Shown piece after piece: positions 9,552 to 18,805 of a stretch of DNA of 64,000 nt. The translations under genes and the position numbers were made by a program. The notes below the pieces were generated by a model. The model was not told the origin of the DNA and did not search any database. It worked only from the letters and a program-made list of their open reading frames with translations. The DNA is from an uncultured bacterium (GTDB taxonomy: Bacteria; Electryoneota; Tariuqbacteria; Tariuqbacterales; Tariuqbacteraceae), in contig CAYQZD010000002.1 in the NCBI GenBank assembly GCA_964421875.1, positions 8,747 to 72,746 of the forward strand, read 5' to 3'. The first letter of the stretch is position 1; every line of letters starts with the position of its first letter.

Positions 9552-10748
9552 ATGAATAAACTCACCATCGACGATATTGAACTTGTGGGAAAGCGGGCGC
9601 TGGTGCGGGTCGATTTCAATATTCCGTTGGATGAGAACGGCTCGATAACCGACGACCTCCGTATCCGAGCCAGTCTTCCCACTATTCGTAAGATAATCGA
9701 GTCCGGCGGGCGGGCTGTTTTAATGTCGCATATGGGCCGGCCCAAGGGTAAGGTCGTGCCTGAACTCAGGATGACGCCCGCGGCGCTGCGCTTGTCGGAG
9801 TATTTGAAGAAGGAAGTGAAGCTCGCTCCCGACTGCGTCGGCGCAGAGACATTGAATATAGCGGAAGGATTGACGGACGGCGAGGCGCTGCTGCTGGAAA
9901 ACCTCCGCTTTCACAAGGAAGAGACTGAGAACGATCCGGAATTCGCTCGGCAGCTGGCGGAATTGGGGGAGGTTTACATCAACGACGCCTTCGGCACCGC
10001 CCACCGGGCGCACGCTTCGACCGAAGGGATTACTCATTACCTTTCCCCCGCCGCAGCGGGTTACCTGATGGAGAAGGAAATTGAGTTCTTAGGGAGGGCT
10101 ATTGAGAATCCGCCTCATCCTTTTGTGGCGGTTTTAGGGGGCGCTAAGGTATCGGGCAAAGTGGAACTTATAGAACGGCTGATTGGGCGGGTGGACGCTA
10201 TTTTAGTAGGAGGGGGGATGTGCTTTACATTCCTGAAAGCCCAGGGCTTGAATGTGGGGGATTCACTGGTTGAAGAGGATTTAATTCAGACTGCTTCGGC
10301 TACACTATCCAAAGCCGCGGCTCAGGGAGCGGAGATGTCATTGCTGCAGGATGTGGTTATAGCCCGGGAGATTAGCGCTGAGACTGACGTTAAAACTGTG
10401 AGCGCAAATGAGATTGAAGCGGGATGGAAAGGTTTGGACATCGGACCGCGCACCGCTGAGTATTTCGCTGAGAGGATAGCGGGAGCGCAAACCGTGCTCT
10501 GGAACGGGCCGATGGGAGTTTTTGAAACCTCTCCCTTCGCCGGGGGAACGGAGAGGGTGGCTTTAGCGATGGCGGCGGCTACGCAGAATGGGGCGACCAC
10601 AGTTGTCGGGGGAGGGGACACTGCGGCCGCAGCCCGGAAATTCGGCGTCGATGCTAAGGTTTCGCACGTGTCCACCGGCGGCGGAGCCTCACTTGAGTTT
10701 TTAAGCGGTCTCAGCCTTCCGGGATTGGAGGCTTTGACTGATAAATAG
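9552..10748 (+). CDS. pgk: Phosphoglycerate kinase
   Basis: RVDFNIPLDENG...SHMGRPKG N-terminal motifs and GGGDTAAA C-terminal motif, 398 aa. Confidence 0.95.
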   Translation: MNKLTIDDIELVGKRALVRVDFNIPLDENGSITDDLRIRASLPTIRKIIESGGRAVLMSHMGRPKGKVVPELRMTPAALRLSEYLKKEVKLAPDCVGAETLNIAEGLTDGEALLLENLRFHKEETENDPEFARQLAELGEVYINDAFGTAHRAHASTEGITHYLSPAAAGYLMEKEIEFLGRAIENPPHPFVAVLGGAKVSGKVELIERLIGRVDAILVGGGMCFTFLKAQGLNVGDSLVEEDLIQTASATLSKAAAQGAEMSLLQDVVIAREISAETDVKTVSANEIEAGWKGLDIGPRTAEYFAERIAGAQTVLWNGPMGVFETSPFAGGTERVALAMAAATQNGATTVVGGGDTAAAARKFGVDAKVSHVSTGGGASLEFLSGLSLPGLEALTDK

Positions 10749-10814
10749 GACTGTGTGATTTGGCTCGGTATATATTCGTAAGTACAATGACTTAGTAAAC
10801 GCGGGAATCGGACT

Positions 10815-11576
10815 ATGCGCAGATATTACATCGCCGGGAACTGGAAGATGAATCCGGCGGAAAATCCACGGGATTTGCTGGATAAATTGAAGGCAAGGCT
10901 GTCGGGGATGAGTAAAATCGATCTGATGGTCGCTCCCCCTTTCACCTCGATTCCCGAAGCGGTTGAAGCGCTGCGGGGGACGGGAATAGCTGTTTCCGGG
11001 CAGAACCTGTATTGGGAGGAAAAGGGAGCTTATACCGGCGAGATTTCCGCTTCGATGCTGATAGACGCTGGCTGCTCCTGCGTTATCATCGGCCATTCCG
11101 AAAGACGCCAGTATTTTAATGAGACCGATGAAACGGTGAATCGCAAGATACGGGCGGCGCTTAAAGCCGGTTTGACTCCGGTGCTTTGTATCGGCGAGAC
11201 TGAGAAGCAACGTGAAAACGGGGAAACCTTCAAGGTGGTGGAAAAACAGCTCCGCGGCGCTCTCCGCGGCATCGATGTAGAGGCTGTCGAAGGATTTATC
11301 ATCGCTTATGAGCCGGTGTGGGCTATCGGCACCGGGAAGGTGGCTTCGCCGCAGGATGCGCAGGAGGCGCATCGCTTTATCCGGGGACTGTTGGAACAGC
11401 TATACTCCCCATCGCTGGCGGAAAAGACCAGAATTCTCTACGGCGGTTCGGTTAAACCTGATAACGCTAAGGGAATACTTAGTCAGCCGGATGTGGATGG
11501 AGCCTTGGTGGGCGGAGCGAGTCTTTCGGAGGTGTCATTTGGGGAAATTGCCGCGGCGGCAGTGTCGCTGGCTTGA
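10815..11576 (+). CDS. tpiA: Triosephosphate isomerase
   Basis: YIAGNWKMN start, IGHSERR, AYEPVWAIGTG and GGS motifs. Confidence 0.95.
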   Translation: MRRYYIAGNWKMNPAENPRDLLDKLKARLSGMSKIDLMVAPPFTSIPEAVEALRGTGIAVSGQNLYWEEKGAYTGEISASMLIDAGCSCVIIGHSERRQYFNETDETVNRKIRAALKAGLTPVLCIGETEKQRENGETFKVVEKQLRGALRGIDVEAVEGFIIAYEPVWAIGTGKVASPQDAQEAHRFIRGLLEQLYSPSLAEKTRILYGGSVKPDNAKGILSQPDVDGALVGGASLSEVSFGEIAAAAVSLA

Positions 11577-11706
11577 TAAAATGTGAAAATATTGCTATAT
11601 TATAAGTTTGAAAATAGCGGCAGTTTATATGCGATAGTCTTTCTTTATTCCAGGTTAAGGAGGGTCGTGGAAAGGACTCTCTCTTAGCTTTTAGTTTGGA
11701 GAGTAA

Positions 11707-12105
11707 ATGATTTACGGAATTTTGTTATTAATTCACATCCTCGTCTGTCTGGCGTTGGTTTTGGTTATACTGATGCAGGCTTCCAAGGGGAAGGGACTTG
11801 CGGGAGCATTCGGAGGTGGAGGAGGGGCGGCAGCGGGATTTTTAGGAGCGCGCGGGACTGCGACCTTCCTGTCGAAGGCTACTACCTATCTGGCGATAGC
11901 CTTTATGGTGAATGCGCTCCTGTTATCACTACTGTCCCGAGGAATCGGCACTCCGAGGAGTGCGGTGCAGGATGCGATGCAGAACATGCAATCCCCCGCT
12001 CAGCAGCTCCCGGCTATACCGGGCACAGTGGGAGAATCCCCCTTGAGCGGCGAACAAACGCCTGCTCCGGCTGAGGAAAGCCCTGGGGGCGGCGAGGGGG
12101 AATAA
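11707..12105 (+). CDS. secG: Preprotein translocase subunit SecG (with a low-complexity C-terminal extension)
   Basis: Two TM helices and LMQASKGKGLAGAFGGGG typical of SecG. Canonical position after tpiA. Confidence 0.85.
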   Translation: MIYGILLLIHILVCLALVLVILMQASKGKGLAGAFGGGGGAAAGFLGARGTATFLSKATTYLAIAFMVNALLLSLLSRGIGTPRSAVQDAMQNMQSPAQQLPAIPGTVGESPLSGEQTPAPAEESPGGGEGE

Positions 12106-12235
12106 TTGCTGGAGATTATTCCTCTGAAGATGTTTGCGCCGAAACTGTGTGATTTTATTAGTAGAATAAGTTTCTAAAGGGGAGGAATAGAATCGATCTA
12201 ACGAATCGATAGGGATTGAGTGGAGGATTACACCA

Positions 12236-12319
12236 GCCGGAGTGGTGGAATAGGCAGACACACCATCTTGAGGGGGTGGCGCCTTAACGGGCGTGCCGGT
12301 TCAAGTCCGGCCTCCGGCA
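12236..12319 (+). tRNA. tRNA-Leu (anticodon GAG), type II with a long variable arm; CCA not encoded
   Basis: Acceptor GCCGGAG/CTCCGGC. D-arm GTG..CAC with a large loop. Anticodon stem CCATC/GGTGG, loop TTGAGGG (U33, G37). Variable arm CGCCTTAACGGGCG. T-arm GCCGG-TTCAAGT-CCGGC. Discriminator A. Confidence 0.85.
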
Positions 12320-12321
12320 CA

Positions 12322-12356
12322 AAAGCCCGGGATATGACTCCCGGGCTTTTTTTGGG
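12322..12356 (+). terminator. Rho-independent terminator after tRNA-Leu
   Basis: GCCCGGGA-tatgac-TCCCGGGC stem followed by TTTTTTT. Confidence 0.8.
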
Positions 12357-12375
12357 CTCTGTAATTGAGTATCGC

Positions 12376-12765
12376 TTATTCTAAGGCGCGAAGGTGTTTC
12401 AAAACGCTGATTTTACCATCGAAACCGAGGTTCAACACCCGGTTGATGATTTCCAGGTCAAGGTTTGAGAGGATGATGGGACGGGGCTGTGCAACCGTTT
12501 CTTTCATCGCAGGTTCCTGGACTTTTTCAATTCGGGGAGCGGGTGCGCTTACCGGCGCGCCTTCGCTCCGCCCGAATAGCTGCCCTTCGGTAATACCCAG
12601 CCCGTCGATTAGTTTATTTATTGTGTCCCTCCGAGCTTTTCTTTTTCCGGTCTCAATTTGACCGATGGTTACGGGGCTGACCCCTGACCTTTTAGCTAAC
12701 TCGTTTTGGGAGAAGTTCAATCGTTTTCTCCAAAACCTTAAGTTTTCGCCGAAGTTCTCATCCAT
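12376..12765 (-). CDS. XRE-family helix-turn-helix transcriptional regulator
   Basis: LRFWRKRLNFSQNELAKRSGVSPVTIGQIETGKR HTH_XRE pattern, plus a C-terminal extension of unknown function. Confidence 0.7.
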   Translation of the reverse strand: MDENFGENLRFWRKRLNFSQNELAKRSGVSPVTIGQIETGKRKARRDTINKLIDGLGITEGQLFGRSEGAPVSAPAPRIEKVQEPAMKETVAQPRPIILSNLDLEIINRVLNLGFDGKISVLKHLRALE

Positions 12766-12907
12766 AATTGACCTTTCTATTAAATTAGTTTCACAACAGT
12801 TGCCTCAAAAACACGGCAGCGTTAATAAACAGGGCATACTATAATCCGCGAAATATTCTATAAAAATTATGCGGAATACTGACACATTTCTGCGTGGAGT
12901 GATGTGC

Positions 12908-13456
12908 TTATGCGTTTATTATATTCTTGGAAAATCGCTGCAGGTACTTGACAAACTTTTGTTTTTTATCGTTGTCCAACGCCAACGCTCTATGGATAAT
13001 TTCGAGTTGAATCAGGCTGGCTCTGATTTTTCCGTCACCTTCGGAGTCGAGGTTTACCACCGATTTCATCGCTGTATCGAATTGCACCAGCCGCCGCTCA
13101 AATTCCTGCCGCATCATCTTCGCCCGTTCTCGTCCCACCCGGACTTTCTGCGCGCGGTCCCGCTTTTCTTTCAGCCTTTTCAAGCCTTTGCGGTAGATAT
13201 CGCGAATTCTTGCGGCGGAATCCTGGTGTGCGCTTTCCCATAACTTAGAATCCTCAATCAACTGCGAGATAGTCACCAGGGAGCGTCCAGTGCCGAATTC
13301 AAGGGCTATTTCACCCAGTATTTCATGCAGGAGAGGGGTATGGTAGGAACGTTCTACCGGATAGCAGTTATTCTTTAGAAAGAGAATAACCGTGGTGGTA
13401 GCGAGGTTCAACTTCTTCGATACGTCTATGACCCGGATTGGTTTTGCAGAAGGCAT
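12908..13456 (-). CDS. Hypothetical protein with an IF2_N-like N-terminal HTH segment and a charged coiled-coil-like C-terminus
   Basis: KPIRVIDVSKKLNLATTTVILFLKNN resembles the IF-2 N-terminal domain. The rest is K/R/E-rich. Confidence 0.35.
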   Translation of the reverse strand: MPSAKPIRVIDVSKKLNLATTTVILFLKNNCYPVERSYHTPLLHEILGEIALEFGTGRSLVTISQLIEDSKLWESAHQDSAARIRDIYRKGLKRLKEKRDRAQKVRVGRERAKMMRQEFERRLVQFDTAMKSVVNLDSEGDGKIRASLIQLEIIHRALALDNDKKQKFVKYLQRFSKNIINA

Positions 13457-13684
13457 TTTGAATACTCCTCTGCGGAGGCTTTCATTTTATTACATAATGT
13501 GAAAACAGCGGCGGCATTAGAACGCGAACTGCTATTTTCTTTCTTCGTTGTATAGGTTTACGATAGAAATCCTTTATGAGGATTTATCGTTCAAGTCTTG
13601 GTTTCGGAATACTACCTCCCTAGGTTAATATTTAAATTAATCGAAAACAGTTAGATTCTTATTCTAAATCCAAATATCCGGCAA

Positions 13685-15163
13685 TCAGCGAATGATAATC
13701 ATCTTGACCGATTGCATCTCCCGGTCAGTTTCTACCCTTAGTACATAGAAACCATTGGACAGATTCAGGGAATTCGCGGTTTCAGGCATTTTAGCGAATG
13801 AAACGGTATTTAGAAGCGCCACCCGCCGCCCTAAAATATCATAGAGCGAAGCTTTCTTTATGATAGACTCTCCCGCGTTGAATGATATTTCTTTGAGACT
13901 GAGGGGCTGATGACCATATGATGTCTGTGATGGTCTCTGCCACGCAGGATTCAGTCTATGCGCATAAAGCAGTTGATGGTATCCTCGGTCAACCCGGCCC
14001 CGGTCGAAGGATTGGGTTTGAACGCCGGTGTAGTACTTCAGTCCCGCTTCGGAAACGCTCCGCGATCCGCTGTCGATTTCACGGCTGAAAACTGTAAGCA
14101 AATATGACTCACCCAGATTGGGTTCGCGAACCTCCTCGCCGCGACCGTTGACGCCATTGGCGGGCAGCGCGGACCGGTACTGTGAAAACCTCTGCAAAGG
14201 CCTGCCGTCGAAGCCCCCGAAACTGAAGCAGACCGAGCCGCTCTGATTGAACCAGGTATTGTGATGAAATCGATTGCTTTGAATCTGCGCCATAGTGTAA
14301 TCGACGGCGAAGATGGGAGAAATTCCGGGGTCGTTTTTCAGGCATATATTGTCAAAGATTCCGCAGTGAACGCAAGGTTCCGAGTTGGGGTCGGTGCCTC
14401 GGTACAAATGAATCCCCGGCGCTCGAGAAGTAATGATGGTGTTGTTGAATACCTGAGTGTTAATGGTGCGGTAGATGGTTATCCCGCCCGCGGGTTCTTC
14501 CCATTCTCCGTTATGATACAGCAGATTGGCGTAAATTTGATTATCGACGCTGCCTTTGATTCTGATGCCGGCTTCACCGCAATCGCTGATTACATTCCCG
14601 TATATGCGGGCGCCGAAGATGGTATCTTCAGGATTAGACTGTCTGACAAATATCCCTATCTGGCATCCGTAAATATTATTATAACGAACCGTTACATTCG
14701 TACCCGCTATCTTCACCCCTGGAGTGTGTCCGTAGTATGAGTTTCCCGTGGCGTTGCTGAAATGAAAGTTTTGGATGACTACATTGTGAGTCGAGTATTC
14801 GACCGCGATACAAGGTTCAAGCTGCGAAGATACCGCCTGAATATGCGCCCGTTCGCATTCATTCCATTCCACTCCCTGAAACACAACCGGACTGCTTAAA
14901 GTATGACTTTGCTCGACAGAAATATGTATAGTGGACAGGGTCGAGCTTGAATCCACAGTATAGACGCCGGGAAGAACGTTCACAGTATCTCCGGGGAGCA
15001 GTGTGTGAAAACCGGGATGACAAGCGTATCCGGGATGGGGCCAGGGATTTTCATAAGTTCCGAGGAAAGGAGGAATACGATTGTTGTCATCCACCCAATA
15101 AACACCACCCCAGGAAATGCAGGAATACAGGATGCCTAGGAGAAATGCAATTTGCGGTCGCAC
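13685..15163 (-). CDS. Secreted right-handed beta-helix (pectate-lyase-fold) protein with a T9SS C-terminal sorting domain
   Basis: Signal peptide MRPQIAFLLGILYSCISWGG. Repeated N.xI..N / G..I.G parallel beta-helix rungs (VVIQNFHFSNATG, VTVRYNNIYGCQIGIF, IYGNVISDCGEAGIRI). C-terminal ...LYDILGRRVA...GFYVLRVE...KMIIIR CTD. Confidence 0.65.
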   Translation of the reverse strand: MRPQIAFLLGILYSCISWGGVYWVDDNNRIPPFLGTYENPWPHPGYACHPGFHTLLPGDTVNVLPGVYTVDSSSTLSTIHISVEQSHTLSSPVVFQGVEWNECERAHIQAVSSQLEPCIAVEYSTHNVVIQNFHFSNATGNSYYGHTPGVKIAGTNVTVRYNNIYGCQIGIFVRQSNPEDTIFGARIYGNVISDCGEAGIRIKGSVDNQIYANLLYHNGEWEEPAGGITIYRTINTQVFNNTIITSRAPGIHLYRGTDPNSEPCVHCGIFDNICLKNDPGISPIFAVDYTMAQIQSNRFHHNTWFNQSGSVCFSFGGFDGRPLQRFSQYRSALPANGVNGRGEEVREPNLGESYLLTVFSREIDSGSRSVSEAGLKYYTGVQTQSFDRGRVDRGYHQLLYAHRLNPAWQRPSQTSYGHQPLSLKEISFNAGESIIKKASLYDILGRRVALLNTVSFAKMPETANSLNLSNGFYVLRVETDREMQSVKMIIIR

Positions 15164-15390
15164 AATACAATTTTTAAATTTCGTTGAAATATAGTACTGA
15201 TTATTTTCAACTAAATTCGTGGGATAATATACACTAATTATAGGAAAAATGCAAATAGTAATAACGATATAATTAAAATTATTTGCATTATCACTGCTTT
15301 ATCAAGTTGCCTTTAGTTACTAATATGTTGAGAGTGTTGATAAATAACTTATGCTGTAACTTAATATTTATATTAACAAACACTTAGTCA

Positions 15391-16072
15391 TGTCATCCTG
15401 AACGAAGTGAAGGATCTCCATTTTTCAACAAGTATATAATTAACAAAGAGATTCTTCGCTTCGCTCAGAATGACAACGCTATCTATCAACGCTCTCATAT
15501 TAAGCGACTCAAACATAGTATTAATTAAAATGGATAATAGTGGACAGTGTAAGAACATAAAGGAATTTATCACCTGAATGTAGTGAAAGATTTCATCTTG
15601 TTTATTAACTTGAAATTAAGTATAGATTCTTCACTCCGCCTGCGGCGGGCTCAGAATGACAACATTAACGATGTACACTATTAAACGACGTGATTAATAT
15701 ATTTGGCTCTTCTCCATTTTAGTTGCAAGTATCAAGTACAAATCAAAGCTGGGGCATTAGCCCAAAAGAAGCGCGCTTGTCATTCCGAGCGAAAGCCGGA
15801 ATCCAGTTTTTTCTTAAAAGAGATTTTCCTGGACTCCCGCTTTCGCGGGAGTGACAACGTTTTGAGAATTAATCATCAGAGCAACGAGCGTTATTCCGAA
15901 AAGCAAGATATTTTGCAACTACTTTGGAGATGAACCATATATCTTATTAATCGAGCTTCATGCAAAAGTCAGGAATTTCCGAGTTTGTCATTCTGAACGT
16001 AGTAAAGAATCTATTGTTTATTAAGATGTTAGATAAAACTGAGACCCTTCACCTCGTTTAGGGTGACACTTC
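15391..16072. repeat. Array of four ~85-nt composite inverted-repeat (MITE-like) elements in an AT-rich non-coding region
   Basis: Elements at 15391-15476, 15571-15663, 15778-15858 and 15986-16072. Each has a ~27-nt arm TGTCA-NNN-TGAACGAAGTGAA-N'N'N'-TC, a ~30-nt AT-rich spacer, and the inverted arm. The NNN/N'N'N' positions covary (TCC/GGA, TTC/GAA, CCC/GGG, TTCCG/CGGAA). Confidence 0.75.
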
Positions 16073-16470
16073 GTGCCGATTTTTACCAGTAATTCAATCG
16101 AATAAATTAATGCGAGACCAATTGTAGATAAGTCTCATTTTCAGTAAAACGGAAATGCGATTAATATTATATGAAGTTAAGCAAAAAGGTTGTCATTATT
16201 TACCCACTTTGACGCGTGAAATTTTGAAATTTTAATCTAAAAAACTTAAATTAATTAGATTATCCCTCATAGGAGGATTTCGGCTGCGATTTCGCATCCC
16301 GAAAGATGAAAATATATGCTTTTCAAGGAAGCGGTAAGACCATTTTTCAAAGCGAAATCAGGTCTTCGCCCGATTAATCGAGCTAAAGCCCTGGCTTTAC
16401 AGAAAAAGACTCTTGGTAGATAAGGACTTAACCATAGGTCTGCCGCTATTAACAGTGAAATAAATGGAAT

Positions 16471-17787
16471 ATGCCGCAGAGTGATATAAGTTCCGGAGTT
16501 ATGGGATCCGGCGTGGTGGGAGCCGGAGGCGCCGGATTTCCTTCACACCTGAAACTCAAAGCGGCGGTGGACACGGTAATCGGCAATGGGATTGAGTGTG
16601 AACCGCTGTTGTCTCAGGATAGGGCGGTGATGGTTCACCGTCCCGAAACCGTAATCAAGGGACTGAGTTTACTGGCTGAAGTTGTGGGGGCGCGGAGAAA
16701 GATAATCGTTCTCAAGAAGAAGTATGCCGACGCGATGCGGGCGCTGGAACCTTTCTGCGATGAGTGTGAAATCATCTTGACGCCGGATTATTACCCCGCC
16801 GGCGACGAAGTCGAGATTGTGAAATTCCTCAGCGGCGAAACTGTCCCCGAAGCCGGGCTCCCTCTCGATGTCGGTGTGGTGGTCAACAATGTGGAAACCC
16901 TAACGAACATCGCCCGCGCCTGCGAGGGTATCCCCGTGACGCGCAGGTTCGTCACCGTCTGCGGTGAAGTAAAGAAACCAACGGTCCTAAGTGTTCCCCT
17001 CGGAACGAAAATCAGCGATATTGTGGACAGATGCGGGGGAGCGACCACGGACAATCCGGTCTATTACACCGGCGGGCCGATGATGGGGGAGATTGCCGGC
17101 GCCGATTCTCCGGCGCTGAAAACCACCACCGGCATCTTCGCGCTTCCCCAGGAACATGAGCTGGTCCGCGCCAGGTCGCTGCGGATGGAATACATCCTGC
17201 GCCAGGCGCAGTCCGCCTGCACCTCCTGCAGGCTCTGCACCGACGCCTGCCCCAGATACCTGCTGGGGCACGCAATCGAACCTCATCGCGTTATGCGCGC
17301 CATCGGCTTGACTCAGGATATATTCAAACGCGAACTCACCTCGGCTCTGTTATGCAGTGAATGCGGCGTTTGTGAATACGCCTGCCCTATGCGGCTATCT
17401 CCGCGAAGGATCTATCGGCAAATCAAAGAATATTTGGCCGCCGAGGGAATTGAGTATCCCCGCAGGATGACCAGACTCAGCGACCACCCGATGCGGGAAT
17501 CCCGCCGTATTCCCGGCGGGCGTCTGCTGGAAAGACTGGGGCTTAAGCGCTACGAGGTCCGGATGGACTACGACGATTCCGGCTGGTCTCCCCAGGAGGT
17601 CGCTCTTCCCCTCAAGCAGCATATCGGTCTTCCCGCGCAGCCGGTGGTCTCACCCGGAGACAGGGTGATTGAAGGAGAGGTGATAGCGGAAATTCCTCCT
17701 GGAGCGGTCAGCGCCCGGCTGCACGCTTCAATCGACGGTAAAGTGACGGCTGTTGACGATGACAAGATAATCATAGGGGCGGTATGA
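16471..17787 (+). CDS. PduS-like RnfC-family Fe-S flavoprotein (NADH-binding; two 4Fe-4S motifs)
   Basis: Begins almost directly with GVVGAGGAGFPSHLKL (NADH/FMN-binding motif shared by RnfC, PduS and NuoF) without the RnfC N-terminal barrel. SLBB-like region. CTSCRLCTDACP and CSECGVCEYACP ferredoxin motifs. 438 aa, matching PduS architecture. ATGA-coupled to a PduT-like gene. Confidence 0.7.
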   Translation: MPQSDISSGVMGSGVVGAGGAGFPSHLKLKAAVDTVIGNGIECEPLLSQDRAVMVHRPETVIKGLSLLAEVVGARRKIIVLKKKYADAMRALEPFCDECEIILTPDYYPAGDEVEIVKFLSGETVPEAGLPLDVGVVVNNVETLTNIARACEGIPVTRRFVTVCGEVKKPTVLSVPLGTKISDIVDRCGGATTDNPVYYTGGPMMGEIAGADSPALKTTTGIFALPQEHELVRARSLRMEYILRQAQSACTSCRLCTDACPRYLLGHAIEPHRVMRAIGLTQDIFKRELTSALLCSECGVCEYACPMRLSPRRIYRQIKEYLAAEGIEYPRRMTRLSDHPMRESRRIPGGRLLERLGLKRYEVRMDYDDSGWSPQEVALPLKQHIGLPAQPVVSPGDRVIEGEVIAEIPPGAVSARLHASIDGKVTAVDDDKIIIGAV

Positions 17788-18350
17788 ATCCATTCGAAGA
17801 GAAAAAAAACGCGCTGGGGATGGTGGAGTGGAACTCTATCGCCCTGGGAATTTTCGCCGCCGACGCGATGCTCAAAGTCTCCGAAGTGGAATTGATTTAC
17901 GCCAACACTATCTGTCCCGGTAAATACATTTGCGTGGTCAGAGGCGATGTGGCGGCGGTGAAGGCTTCGGTGGAAGCGGGAAAGGACGCTTCACCTGTGA
18001 GTGTGGTGGATGAGATGGTGATTCCCAATCTGCACTCCACGGTATTCCCCGCCATCAACTCCCTCACTTGCGCGGAGAAGGTCGACGCGGTGGGCATCAT
18101 CGAGACCTTTTCCGCAGCTTCAGCTTTGGTGGCGGCGGATCGAGCCGCTAAGACCGCGGAAATTCTACTGCTATCGGTGAGGCTGGCAACCGGATTGGGG
18201 GGGAAGTCTTTCGTGGTGGTGACCGGGGAAGTGGCGGCGGTGCGTTCTGCAGTGGAAGCCGGCGCGCGAACCGCTGAAGACAAGGGGCTGCTGGTGTATC
18301 GAACGGTGGTGCCTCAGCCGGAGCCCCGCTTGTTTGAAAAATTGAATTAG
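17784..18350 (+). CDS. Tandem BMC-domain shell protein, PduT-like (BMC-T with a conserved Fe-S-ligating Cys)
   Basis: Two BMC domains: ALGMVEWNSIALGIFAADAMLKVSEVELI...VVRGDVAAVKASVEAG and AVGIIETFSAASALVAADRAAKTAEI...VVVTGEVAAVRSAVEAG. TICPGKY matches the PduT cluster-ligating Cys strand. C-terminal GLLVYRTVVPQP matches the PduT tail. 188 aa. Confidence 0.8.
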   Translation: MNPFEEKKNALGMVEWNSIALGIFAADAMLKVSEVELIYANTICPGKYICVVRGDVAAVKASVEAGKDASPVSVVDEMVIPNLHSTVFPAINSLTCAEKVDAVGIIETFSAASALVAADRAAKTAEILLLSVRLATGLGGKSFVVVTGEVAAVRSAVEAGARTAEDKGLLVYRTVVPQPEPRLFEKLN

Positions 18351-18387
18351 AATACTAATAACTCAATAATCATCGGGAGAATCGACT

Positions 18388-18729
18388 ATGAAAATGAACG
18401 TTAGGGAACATGAACAGTTCGTAGTGGTAGAACTCAAGGGAAAGATTATGGGAGGACCTGACGCCACGGTTTTTCACGATATGCTTAAGGAATTAATCGC
18501 CCAAGGCCGGCGGCGGTTCATCTTAGATTTGAACAAGGTTGACTGGATGAACAGTTCCGGTCTCGGTATCCTGATTTCCGGGATGACTACTATCCGCAGC
18601 GCTCAGGGGGAACTGAAATTAGCCAGAATCTCGAATAAAATCAAGAGCCTGCTGATGATTACCAAACTGATCACAGTATTTGACAGCTATGAAACGGTAG
18701 AGGACGCCGCCGCCAGTTTCGCTAAATAA
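18388..18729 (+). CDS. STAS-domain anti-sigma-factor antagonist (SpoIIAA/RsbV-like)
   Basis: 113 aa. ...ILDLNKVDWMNSSGLGILI... STAS pattern with the conserved phospho-Ser region. Confidence 0.8.
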   Translation: MKMNVREHEQFVVVELKGKIMGGPDATVFHDMLKELIAQGRRRFILDLNKVDWMNSSGLGILISGMTTIRSAQGELKLARISNKIKSLLMITKLITVFDSYETVEDAAASFAK

Positions 18730-18805
18730 TCCCGGGTATTCAGAGAAAATTTATTCAGAGAACAAAAGCATCAATTGACGGCTGCTTAATGAGGTCCTAT
18801 TCGCG

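Noticed and set aside
10701-11372. 223-aa reverse-strand ORF overlapping tpiA. Similar long antisense ORFs occur at 24044..24670, 25639..26247, 27632..28255, 33163..33930, 42913..43836, 61245..62288 and 63378..63977
   Set aside because: All lie fully inside well-supported genes on the opposite strand in GC-rich coding sequence. They are typical shadow ORFs with no independent motif support.
15388-15933. Small ORFs 15388..15573 (-) and 15703..15933 (+) inside the repeat region
   Set aside because: They are translations of the palindromic repeat units (SEAKNL-type artefacts), with no RBS and no coding periodicity; the region is AT-rich and non-coding.
15391-16072. Possible CRISPR array in the repeat-rich non-coding region
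   Set aside because: The repeats are degenerate, occur in alternating orientation as inverted pairs, are irregularly spaced (180–210 bp between composite units), and have no cas genes nearby. They are better explained as MITE/REP-like palindromic elements.
12236-16470. Possible integrated mobile element at tRNA-Leu (XRE regulator, IF2_N-like protein, T9SS cargo, repeat array)
   Set aside because: No integrase, recombinase or phage gene is present. No direct repeat of the tRNA 3' end was found downstream. The content is consistent with ordinary accessory genes.
16471-17787. Calling the 438-aa Fe-S flavoprotein RnfC (Rnf complex subunit)
   Set aside because: There are no rnfABDGE genes adjacent. 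The protein lacks the RnfC N-terminal barrel and begins directly at the GAGGAGFP motif. It is coupled to a PduT-like BMC-T gene, so PduS-like is the better description.
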